NCBI GenBank assembly: GCA_905178155.1
Contig: CAJINV010000001.1
Coordinates: 13,204,635-13,268,634, forward strand
Direction of reading: 5' to 3'
Source: Amoebophrya sp. A120
Taxonomy: Eukaryota > Protista > Dinoflagellata
DNA length: 64,000 bases
The notes below the pieces were generated by a model. The model ran no database searches, was not told where the DNA came from, and saw only the letters and a program-made list of their open reading frames with translations. This document shows positions 50,801 to 61,900 of this stretch, one piece after another. A program made the position numbers and the translations under genes. Numbering within the stretch: position 1 is the first letter of the stretch; each line of letters starts with the position of its first letter.

Positions 50801-52014
50801 TCCCGGTGCTCCCACAGGTCCAGCTGCTTCAGCGTTTGCTCGACGTTGGCCATCAGCTGCTCCTTCTCGATGCCCGCCGGCAGCTTCATGCGGGCCGCGA
50901 ACACTAACGTCTCCATCACGGTCTGGGTCCCGAGAATGGCATCCTGCTGCATCACGTACGCTATACTCGACTTCAGGTCTTGGAAGTCAACACGCTTGCC
51001 GCCGTATCTGTGGGAGTGGGGGTGAGGTTGTTAGTAAGTACATGTTTCTTCGAAAAAAGTCAATTTTTTCCTGAGTGAAAATCCGTATACGCAATGCGGA
51101 AGTTTGTTTCTTTCGCATCAACAGTGATGATCCGATCTTCGCTGTTCAGGACGGAAAAAAAAATCTTGAATGAGCATTAGCTATGGCTTTATCTTCTATG
51201 AAAAAAGACAAAAAGCACAAATCCTATACCTGACTTCGCCCGTCATTTCTACCCCGTTTCCGGTCCACCCTTGTCTCCCCGCCAATAAATTCATCAATGT
51301 TGATTTGCCCGCCCCACTGGGCCCGATCAATGCACAGACCTGCCCGGGGTAGAGCTTTCCGTAGCAGTTTTTCAAGATGTTTTTGTTCCCGTTCACCGTG
51401 AAGGTGAGGTTCCTCCATTCCAGGCCGAGCTTCCCGGGTTTGGTGATCGCTTCCTGGTAATCTTCGGCGGCGTACCGCGGTGCTTGTGAGGGGGAGGTGA
51501 TATCCGACCGGAGGGTTTGTTCGTCGTCCTGCCTGCCCGTGCCCCGAACGCCCTCCAGATCCCCGTGGAGGACCATGTTCCGGAACTGCTCCTGCTCCTC
51601 CTCGTTCAGCATGGGCTCTTTCAGTTCCTCGAACACCGCCTCGTTCACCCCGGGTATCCGCTGGATGTTCGGCTCGACGTCAATACCCTCCCCGACGCCA
51701 TCCTCGTCGTAGTTGCTAATCCGCCCGGCCTCGACATCGATTAGTTTTTCCTGCTCGTACTGGCGGGAGCTGGGCGCCAGAAACCCGGCTTGGTCGGTAT
51801 TTTTGCTACCCCGCCGGCTGGAGGAAAAGCCGGGCTCCCCAGTGGAATTCCGCCGCCCCTGCTGCTTCTTGCGCGTCGAGCCGCCGAACCCGCGGGTGTT
51901 TTGCTGGTCGTCGCTGTTCAGGTCAAGAGCCCTGATCGCGTCGCTGTCGGCGCGCCCGGCCGAGAGCGTGCGGTTGCGCAGCGACGCTCCGGCGGGCCGA
52001 TTCGAGGAAGACAT
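47839..52014 (-). CDS. ABCG/White-family half transporter (NBD then TMD)
   Basis: Walker A GPSGAGKST, signature ISGGQKKRVS, Walker B FLDEPTSGLD, H-loop TIHQP (restored only after element removal), GYNTADW and ERAIFLRE. Contains three TIR introns and at least one GT-AG intron. The junction near 49420-49580 is unresolved. Confidence 0.93.
48571..48855. mobile_element. TIR intron-like element, family B (285 bp), in ABCG
   Basis: TATCCTGAGTAAAAACGTCCCCAC ... GTGGGGACCACGTTTTTACTCAGCATA. Repeat GGCGT at 48566-48570 and 48856-48860. Removal gives KEGTPITTAQQY. Confidence 0.93.
49994..50278. mobile_element. TIR intron-like element, family B (285 bp), in ABCG
   Basis: TATCCTGAGCAAAAACGTCCCCACCCCAGAGT ... 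ACTCTGGGGTGGGGACGTTTTTACTCAGGATA. Flanks GCCGC/GCCGT (one mismatch). Removal gives FDRVICMRDGEIMFNG. Confidence 0.93.
50364..50615. mobile_element. TIR intron-like element, family A (252 bp), in ABCG
   Basis: TATCAAGTGCAAAAGTGTCTGGGTCTGGAA ... TTCCAGACCCTGACATTTTTACATTTGATA. Flanks CGCCC/CGTCC (one mismatch). Removal gives IAIEE(D/G)AIICATIHQP. Confidence 0.94.
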
Positions 52015-52617
52015 GACGGGAGGGGGCGGGGTTCGGGAATAAACCTAGTATCTGTAAGTTAAAAGAGTCGAATCTGTACGAGCAAATAGCCTGCGATGTC
52101 GTTCAAGGGCCGGTTGCAGTGTCAAAAATGCATCATGACGTGTCGCTATGTATAATGCGGTCGCTAGTACTATGAATATCAGTCTGTTCTTTCTATGGTA
52201 TCGCTGCTTTGTTGAAGATGAAGTGCTGAGTTGTCTCAGTTGCAAGTTGTAGAAATATGTTGGCCCGAAGACATCGGTTCAAATTCGCCTTCGCGCGGAT
52301 CACTTAGATAAGACGTCCTCGGATCAGTTTTCAAATATGGTACAAAATAGTTTCAGAGTTTAGCCCGTGCAGAGCGCTAGAAATGTAACTTTATCGCGTG
52401 TGGTTGTGAGCGCTCCTACTTGGAGCTGGAAGCAAATAATTAGGGCGATGATGAAGGTCGCATATGTCCGTGCTTTTTTTCTCGATCACACGCACGTAAG
52501 ACTATGAGTCAAGCGAGGGTATAATGGTTGGATCTGCAAGTGCTTGAAATTGAAGATGTCAAATCCTCTACTAGAACATGGTAGAAATAGCTAAAAGGAG
52601 TGCTAGGAAGGAGTTTT

Positions 52618-53130
52618 TCAATTCCGGTCCGTTTCCAAAACTAAAAGTCCGAGATAGACACGATTAAGGCGCGAAGGAAATAGTACCGAAGCTGGATCCG
52701 TATACGTGTAGGGGAAGATGGTGCCGATAAGTGGCACACGACCGAAGACACAACGCGGAGCAGAACCGAGATCAAGGTAGGCGCGTTGCTGATGAAATGA
52801 AACCGACATGAATGGAGCGCAGTCTTGGAGCACGACCTCTGCCGATACCGAGGATAGTCCGGAGTTGTACAACAGAAGAGTCTCCCCGCCTTTGAGACAC
52901 AGACCAAGTCCAAGGCCGCGACTATTAACCGATAAGTGTATCTTTGGAGTTTTTACACCGACGCGGGAGAGAAAACCGAAGCAAGCTAATCCCTCTTTCT
53001 GACGAAGCCCTGCATTATCGCAGCTGCGAGGTAGAGGAGGATTGATTGATTCCAATGTCGTAGTCGCTACTCGGTCGTAGGGGTACAGAAACAGATTTCG
53101 ATCAAATGCATTTACATACACGAAAGCCAT
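52618..53130 (-). CDS. Possible small hypothetical protein
   Basis: ~170-aa ATG-initiated part of a 259-aa ORF on the common gene strand. No motif recognised. Confidence 0.3.
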   Translation of the reverse strand: MAFVYVNAFDRNLFLYPYDRVATTTLESINPPLPRSCDNAGLRQKEGLACFGFLSRVGVKTPKIHLSVNSRGLGLGLCLKGGETLLLYNSGLSSVSAEVVLQDCAPFMSVSFHQQRAYLDLGSAPRCVFGRVPLIGTIFPYTYTDPASVLFPSRLNRVYLGLLVLETDRN

Positions 53131-53431
53131 AAAGTTAAAGTGGGCCTCAAGTGCACGCGAAAGGCACCCGCTGCATCTACTGCACATGAAAGTGGCTAAG
53201 GAGTTGCACAGCAACACGCTCGAGCTCTCAATCGACCTCAATGTGGCCATTGAGCAGCCTAGCATGTTGGTCTGCCACCGCCCCGTCCGCTGCTCTCGAT
53301 TCCTGTGACCGCCGCCCCGCTGCCGCGCCGCGCCACATGCGGCTCGCCCGAGCTTCCCAACTCGCAAGTTCTTCGACGCATCGGCCTCCAGCTCCATGCG
53401 CTGTCCCTGGTATAATTAAAGTGTCAGACAC

Positions 53432-56400
53432 TCACAAGTCTCCCCCTCCTCCACGGCCTTTGAACCAGTTTAGAATTCCGCCGGCGTTGGACTTCTGCAA
53501 AAGCTCTTCTGCCTCCTTCCGGAATCCCATCTTCATCAGCAGCTGTGCCGCGCGCTGGTCGTCTTTAACCTGGGAAACAAACTCTTTGCCCAAATCGGGG
53601 CGGTTCAGTGTGATGAGCGCCTCCACCAGAGGCACGTAGCTCTGCGACGACCGGCTCTTGGCCATGGTCACCAGCTCCTCCACATTTCGAGCCTCAGCGA
53701 GAGCAGCAATTTTGAAGTACCAGTACCTGTAGTTTATTTGCGAAGAATTTTGATTTTGTTTAGTTTTTGCAAAACAAACATAAAACATCCAGATGCAAAA
53801 GGAAGAAAGAACCCATGAGCACGTCGCGCCTTTTATCTCTAGAAGATGAAGTACCTTTTCTCAGGTATGGCGAAATCCTTCCGTATCTTTTCCGCTTCTG
53901 CCGTCTGACCCATGAGAATCAAGACTCGCACCGTCTGCATGAGAGAGCGTCCGATAAAGTTGTGGCGGCTGGAGTGCTGCTGTCCGCGCGATGCGCTCGA
54001 AGAGGACGAGCTACCACTTGTGGATGCTGTAGCGGCAAAAGCCGACGAGACGCTGGCGCAGGGTGGCGACAGGCTTGTGCTGACTCCCGGCCAGTTCTGC
54101 GCCTTGGTCTCAAGCTGTTCCTGCAATTTCAACAAACTGACCTGCTCCTGCGTCACTGCTGCACTAAACGGGTCGGGCGGTAGCAGCTCCTTCTCTTTGT
54201 TTTTCAGCGGGACGTTGCTCTTCTCAGCAAAGGACTTTGTCGCTTTGTTCAGGAACTCAATGCGGTCGGACAGCAAAGTAGGCTGGTGCTTCCCGCTCGT
54301 TGTTGACGCATACGCCAGCTGTGTTTGCGCCTCGGCCATGAGTCGCTTGTGCGGATAGCCGCCTTCGCAAAACGCCAGCAGTGCGGGCCACCGGTGGAGT
54401 TTCTGCAACGTGTGGACGTGGAGACACCGCGACCGCAGATTCGAGGTGAGAAGCTCCCCAGAGAGGTCGCTCGCGTTGAGGCATTCCCGGAGCAGCTCGG
54501 GGTCGCCCTTGGGCTGCGCAGCCTGCTCGAACGCGAGCAGGGGCTCGCCGAGCTTCAGGAGCATACCAACCTGATGTGAGGAGTCGTTCTCGTTTCTGTT
54601 TCATGATTCTTGATGTTAGTACACCGCCACATTTTAGTCAACTCGCTTCGCACTTCAAGTTCGCTGAAGAGGCGGGTCTATCAAATGTAGAGGATATAGG
54701 GTTAGTTCAAACCGCCAAAGAATTTTTTCTACCTGCTGTGCAGCCTGTGGTTCGTTTTTGAGCAGCATAGTAGCGAGCGCCGGACGGTGTGCCGCCGCGG
54801 CATATTCCGCGACTTCCGCGTAAGGCACGTCATATCAAAAGGAAAAATCCCCCCTCCCCATATCAAGACGAAATTTCTGATGCTGGATTTGAGTACACAA
54901 AGCAGCTTTGTATTGCAGGAAAGCACTGCAGTCAGGTCCCCAGGCTAGGTGGGGGCGTACGCGTCTAGTTGTTCAGCATGGCAAGCGGCTCCGCTTTAGG
55001 CCCAACAGCAGGACAAGTCGCTTCCATAATGGGGCGGAAGCTTCTGCCCTTGCCTTCTTGCAAAACAAATGTGATTTGTGACCTCAAATCAGCAACGCAA
55101 ATTTTCGGAAACATGCCTTTTCAATATGGTGAGGGGGGATTTTTCCTCTCAATACGTCACCAGAAGTTGTCTCCAAAACGGGGAGCTCCTCTAATCGCTG
55201 ATTCTGGGGGCGCCCAAAGTACTTGTACCTGACCACATTCGGCCCCCCAACAGCAGGTCCCCGCTGCTGCGGTGCGGGCATTGCCCCGGTGCCGTGGCGG
55301 GAAAATTTTTTCCGAATGACGTCGCACAGTTCCGCATCGGTCATCGAGGGCGAGTGATGGATCTTGTCGCGCGCCCACATCACGAGAATCTTCTCGGTCA
55401 GAGGCAACCCAACCCAGTCCGCAATCCGTTTCGCGATCAAGTGTTCTCGACGCGCCGCGAGGCGAAGAATCATGGTGGTCAGACCCACCTGCTGGAGCTG
55501 TGCGCAGGTGACTGGAATGTCGTAGCTGTTTCTCAGCGCAGTGGCGATGCGGATCCACTTGCACGCCTCCACGAACCGCTTTGAGGCTTGTTCAGCCGTT
55601 GCCGCACCACCCTTCTTCGCACTGGAAAGAAAGGTTCGACCAAAAACCGAGGCCTGCAGGAGCGAAGAAATATTTTTCTCCTCGAACTCGCACCTGTTGA
55701 ACAGGAAAAAGTATTCCAAGATAGCTCGAAGCCTTTTCCGCTCTCGCGAGCAGTTAAAGTTAGTAGGTTCATGTACTTCCAGAGTTGTGCAGTTCTGGAA
55801 CGTAAGCTAAAACGTTTACTCGGCGTAGTTCCAAGTATTAAACGAAAAAATCTAAAAACGATGGATACATTGCTGCATCCATGGTCTGGTTTATTGCATC
55901 CCCAAGATCGTCATTGATGGCACGTAGCGACTCTTCGGCGCGCACGTCTCCCTCGATGAAACGCTCTAGTGCGTAGCACAGCATTGCTGGGGGTTCGCAG
56001 GAGCCGATGCTGAAAATCGTATGTATCGATTATGAGAAAATTTTCAATCAAAGCAGCAGTATGCCCATGAAACACAGTCACCCTACCTTGTTCAGCAGAA
56101 AAATGTAATTACCGTACCCTTCTTCAATACCTGTAAATCGATTCGACCGCCGGGGGGATGCGCTGCAGGATCTCGCACTTCTGTCCTATGATCCTGGCGC
56201 CATCGGTTTCGGAAACGAGAAACAAGGGGTGATCGTACTGGTAGGGGATCCAGTCGTTCCGTGGGCCGCCGACAAACAGCGCGTGCTGCTTCGTACTGGA
56301 CGCCATGTACAAAGCCACACAATCCTCGCCCACCCACACCATCTGCCGCGGTTTCTTCCTGCTTTCGAGGTGAGCGACGTCTAACAGTACAAGCTGGTTG

Positions 56401-57446
56401 TCGAATACCTTGAAATTTCCCTTTTCGCTGAGCAACGCCAGAAAAAAGCCGGACGGCGATACGGCAAAATGCGTCACGGGATCCTGGTTCGTTATCACCT
56501 GCTGATTCGGCTGCGGTGGATTCGACAAAGATCCGGCTGGGTTCGACAAAAACTCGTCGTTCAATTGAAAACACTTGTTTGGCGCGCAAACGAAGACCCC
56601 ATGCCGCTCGGTGGACACCAGAACGCGGATGTCACTCTTCCCACCGTTCAACAACGCGAACACGCTCGAAGGGTTATTCGCGTTTCCCCCGGGAAGCTGA
56701 AGCATGTTGTTCCGCATGTTGCTCCCATCCTCCTGCTCCACCTCCATGCTAATTGACAACGAATTGTCTTTATTGTTTTGGTGCCCACCAGCACTTAGGT
56801 GTCCTGATTCGTTTGCCGCTCCGGTTGTATTTGCGGCTGCGGAACTTGCTGTCGCGGCCTCCGGCAACACGGAAATTGTCACCGCCGCGAAGTCGGACTG
56901 CTGCAAGAGCGAGGGATAGGAGTCTACCGCGTCCGCCAGCTTCCAGGGCGAGCGACGCTCGAAGCCCAGGTTGACGTACGCCCGTTTTGTGGTGCTGCCC
57001 CACGCGACGATGCCGCCCGGCCAGAAGGTGACCAGGGAGAGCCGGATTTCCGCATTGCCGCCCGCAGTTCCGGCGCCGAGGTCTAGCGTCCACTGTGATT
57101 TTTGCGTCGCGAACGCATCGAACAATCGGACCTGGCCGGTTTGAAAAACGGCTACCAGAAGTTCCTCGGGGGTCCAGTAGAGCCCGAGTAGCCCCTTGAA
57201 CGTCCAGTCAATGCTCGCCAGGGGCGTCCCCAGCGCCGTCGTCGTTTGCAACTTCGGGATTAAGGGACTAGAGGTCGGGAGTTGCTGAAACACGTTCTCG
57301 TCGCGAACCAGGGCGATCGGCCCCCCGCACCTGGCGCCGCAAACCACGTGGGTCCACAGTCGCTCGTTGTCCTCCGGCCATTTCATCCCGGAAACCTCAT
57401 GCCGCCGATACCAGAGATCGTCCAAACGCTGCCAGGCACTCGACAT
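53432..57446 (-). CDS. VPS16: Vacuolar protein sorting 16 (HOPS/CORVET subunit); multi-exon
   Basis: WQRLDDLWYRR, GARCGGPIALVRD, ETDGARII, IGSCEPPAML, LLQASVFG, ARREHLIAKRI, WARDKI, VPYAEVA...LLKNEP and FAIPEKRYWYFKIAALA. Several GT-AG introns plus one TIR intron. Confidence 0.93.
54833..55154. mobile_element. TIR intron-like element, family D (322 bp), in VPS16
   Basis: ~30-bp imperfect TIR: TATCAAAAGGAAAAATCCCC...CCATAT ... ATATGGTGAGGGGGGATTTTTCCTCTCAATA. Repeat CGTCA at 54828-54832 and 55155-55159. Removal gives TTSGDVPYAEVAEY. Confidence 0.9.
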
Positions 57447-58956
57447 GGTGTGCGTTTTTTCTGTGGTTGTTCTTCCCGAGAACGACGCTTCGAAGTGTTT
57501 TTCTCACTTCGCCGACGTCAAAGAGCAGCTATTGTTCCCAGACTGGAAACAGGAAAGACGAATCGCCGTCCATGGTTACCAGCCCGCGGTGACAGAGGCC
57601 TCATGCCATGATGTCGGAATAAGAAAGCAAACTTTTGGAAGTAATAGGTAATAATGCTGGATGTGGATGCTGGAGGGAATATTAAGTGATGATGCGATGC
57701 GTAAACGAAGAGAACACTTACCTCATGACTGGACAAATCAATACAGATACGCAATGAATTGATCAGCAACGACAACTAGATAGAGATCAATTTCAGAACT
57801 CAAAGAGAACCAGAACCGTCGTGCGTTGAATGAAAGAATCCAAGTTGGCTAAAGTCCTTAACATAATGCAGAAGGATCTTCATTTTTCATTGCGCAACGG
57901 CATCCATCCCTGAGGCCCGCTCATGATTGCGACCGAGAATTGCCAAAGGCATGCAAAAACATTGTCGCGAACATTCGCGAGCAGTACTGCGCTTCTCCTG
58001 TGTCTCCGAAATATAATCGGTGAGAGGTTGCGAAAAGTGTTTTTTTTTCAGAGTTCATCCCCAGGGTAAAAGTGGTCGCCCATTCGGTCTTTCTCTTTGA
58101 GTTTTTTCTAGTGTACATCAAGCATGTCATGCTTGTTGACCCGATGGGATAAAAGCGCCTGCGCAAAAGCAAGAGGGATGCTCGAGCTCATAGCCACGCT
58201 TGGAGGATGCCGGGATGCGGTTTCTTGTCTTGGGATACAATGCGCTAGTATGATCATGATGGGATAATGCATATGATTTTGGGTTCATGTGGGGGTGAGG
58301 TAAGATGAGTATGTGTATGCAGGTGCAGCAGGAGCAACACAAGCCTACGAGGGAGTAAAAAAAATTTTGCTAAGCTTGTAAAAAAAAGAGATGCCGGACC
58401 GGGGGAAAACCGGAAAAAAGGTAGAGGCATCATCTACCACTAGATATCAAAGCTCGAGAGCTCGGACCTCTAGCTCACGTTAAGCAATTGCAATATAAAC
58501 GAAGCACAAATGACAATGCAAATCACAGAAAAAAAACAGTACACCGTGCAATGAATGAAATTGTTTGAATCCAATAAAGTAGAATACAGCTGTTGTAGAT
58601 GTTTAGAAAATTAGCTTTAACTTTAACAAACTTATGGAAAAGTATATGAACATAAAATGCGGAAAGTGTTTCTCATCGAGACTTACGCTTAGCTTTTCAA
58701 TTTCACTGCTACACGAACATAGTCGCACAACAGCCTTTGACGTGAGTAAATGCAATTTTTTCAACAAGGAGATATCGTGCCGGCGGGTGCGTTGTGTCAA
58801 TTTCGTAATGACACACGCGTGGCAATGTTTGTGATGTTTCAAGAACTCTAAATGCAAGTGGATAAAGTGTGAAGAACAAGCGAGTAAAAACTGCGAAAGA
58901 ACCGGTGTCTATGAAGATAAAATCGAAGCAAATGGAAATTCATGAATGCCTCTCTA

Positions 58957-61900
58957 CTACATGGGGACGCCCGAAGCGAGCATGGGGATACTGTTGAACT
59001 CCCCGTCGCCCGACGCTAGACTCTCTCCCATGCGAATTTGTCCCTCGTTGTCGTCCTTTCCAAGCTCGAACAACCCACTGTCGGCCAGAAACACCGCCTC
59101 GAATTCCCGCATTTCCCGCTGTTTCTCGTGCAGAGCCTCGGCGTCAAATTCGTTAAAGACCGTTCCCCAGCGCTCGCGGCGCTTTGCGTACCCCAGCCGC
59201 AGTTTTGCCTCCTGGATGCCCGCTTTCTTGTTTTCCTCTACCTCTTCCAGCTCCTTCTTGATGTTATCCTCCACGGCGTCAAACACGACCGGCGTTCTTT
59301 GCGCGACCGCAAAAATCCTTCGGCACTGCGACTCGAGCCACTTGTACATCGGCAGTTGCATCATGGCCATGTATTCCCCGGTGAAATTCAGGAAGAAGTA
59401 GCACAAAATCGAGTTGTAGTGGCTGCGGTGCTTGAAGAAGATTCGCCTCCCGACCGCCATGGCGACGAAGCAGATGAAGAGTTCCGCGTAGTCCTTGTCG
59501 TTGCAGAAGACCAGCGCCACCTGGGCAAGGTCCTTCTGCATGAAGGCGTCGAACGCAACCAAGCCCGCCTCGTTGTCGATTTCCAGCTCCCCGCTCTTGT
59601 TCATGAACCCGCTGCCAGAGAGGATGAAGACCTGCGCGAAATCCTCGGCGTTCACGATTAGCTCCTCTAAATTCTGCGGCTGCTCGACCCTGGCCTTTGC
59701 CCGCGCGCGAATCATCTCCGCGAACTTCATCTCGTCGTTCTTCAGCCGGGACTCCCGCATCAAGCCCTCCCGCTGCTTCCAGTTGTATTCCAGGATGCCA
59801 AACGCGAAGGCTTGGAGGTAGTCCAACGTTCGCGGGAACTCCCGCCGCCACTCCGGAAACCGGATCATGACCTTGGAAAAGACCCGGGCAAACCAGGCGG
59901 ATAACACCTCGTGGATGTTGAAGTGCGGAATCGGGTCGATGGGGCCGTCTTCCGCGTGCGGGTTGCCATCCGCCGCGAGGAGCAGGTTGTCCATGTCGAC
60001 GCACCCCGTCGCGAGGGCGTAAATCGTCTCCATGGCCTCCTGCGGGATGTCGTTCGCGATCAGCAGCGGCGACTGGTACTTCTGGGCCGGCAGCGGTGGT
60101 CGCCACGCGCTCGCTGTCTGCTCGAAGAAGTGGATCAGCGCGATGGCCGCTTTCGCGGAGGGCAGGGGTGGCGTGTTTAGCAGAGCGGTTATCATCTTAT
60201 TCGGCCCCTGGTTCAAACCCTCCTCGGTCATGAACATGTCTCCGTTGCTCAAATTGTGCAAGTCCGGGTCGAAAAAACCACCTCCTTTCGCGCGCCAGTT
60301 GTGGATCTTCTTATACCCAACAGTTGGGACAAAAGTTTCGTGTTTGAAGCCGTGGTTGTGGTCCAGACCCCGCTCCAATTTATCTGCAGCGAGCGCCCGG
60401 GCCGCCATCAGCCGGCGGCTGTGCGAGAAGTAGATGTAGCGATCCAGGCCCTTCGACCAAATTCGCTCGATGCGCTCGAACTGCCCGCCCAGGAAGATCG
60501 CCGCGGGGTTGTTCGTGGAGGAGTTGTGCAGCGACCGCAGCCGCTCGCACCACTTCTCGCCGTCCGGGGCGGCGATGCACTGCGTGACAATGTTCAGCAC
60601 GCCGATCAAGTCGTCCACCCCGTGGTACTCGGGAACGTTGGCGTGGAGGTTGTTGAACCAAGCCTTGTGGTCGCCGCCTTCCGCGACTACGTTCTTCAAG
60701 AAGCTGTAGGCAATGATTCGCATCAACGGACTGTGGTTGGCCGTGCGCTTGCACCGCGGGTCGTCGGCCGTGTGCACGTCGGACGCGAAGAGTTGCATGA
60801 TTTGCGCGAGGAACGCCTTCATCAGGGTTCTAGACACGTACTTCACCTTCCCGTGAAGTAAGTCACACGCGTAGTTGACGCAGGCGACGCAGATCTTCAC
60901 GGGCGGGACCTTCGACAGCGCCTCGTTGTTCGTGTGCAGTTCCCACACGCACTCGAAGAACCGCTCGTAGATGACGGCGATGCTGCAGGTCGGCTTGCCC
61001 GTCCAGTAGTGCGCTAAATTTGCGAGAATACCGCCGAGGGTCGTCACCTTTGTGATTTTCCCGTGTCTCTTGTGCTCGGGCAAACCGTCCGACCACTGCC
61101 AGTGCTCCTCAAAGCCCTCCCGCGTCAAGTAGTGCGTCACGGTGTGCTTGTCCGGGGGCGGCACCACCGGGTGCAAACAGTAGGCGACCACGGTGAAGGC
61201 GTTGAACACCTGGGCCAAAAACGCATCGTAAAAAAGCCCGGAGACGTGGGGTTCGTACTTGTTGGCTTTCTCGTAATCTCTTGTGCCGCGCGCCACCACC
61301 TCCCGCAGCCCCTGGACTGCCTGTTCGAGCTCGATCCGTCCCCGGTCCGCCACGTCTTGGGGTAACTCAGGCGCTTGTGTGCCCTCCTCCATCTCGTCCG
61401 CGAACATGACCTGGATCACCTCCGCGGCATCGTACTCCGGCGTGGCCCGCGGAAGGTCGCGCATCTTCGTAGTCATCAACGCACAAATCATGTTGACCAC
61501 GCGGTGCTTCAACGCCGTTTGCCGCTCCGGAGACAGGTCCTGGAAACTGCGCAGCGGCTTGGAGCTTGCGAGCAAAGCGCCGTTGCTGCGGTCCGCCGGA
61601 AAGAAGAAGCCCTGCTCGTCCAGCTCTTTTCTGGCCAAATCCAGTGTCTGCAGCAACACCCATAGCGGGTCGAGGTTCTTCAGTCCCTTGTCCCCGGGGT
61701 GCTTGTCGGAATTGAGTAAGGCGGCAAGCCGGACCTTCCCCCGCATTTCCCTGATGTAGTGCTCGATCTGCTGGATTCTGCGCTCCTGCCCGGTGATCAA
61801 GACTTTAAGTTCCGCCTCCTGCTCGTCCGTAACGAAGTTTTCCCTGCGTTCCAAGTCCTGGATGGAATCAAACGCGGTGAGCATCACGCCTTCCTCCAAA

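Noticed and set aside
54679-54689. TATCAAATGTA, matching the family A TIR start, inside a VPS16 GT-AG intron
   Set aside because: Only 11 bp, with no partner end or flanking repeat. It is chance or an unprovable relic.
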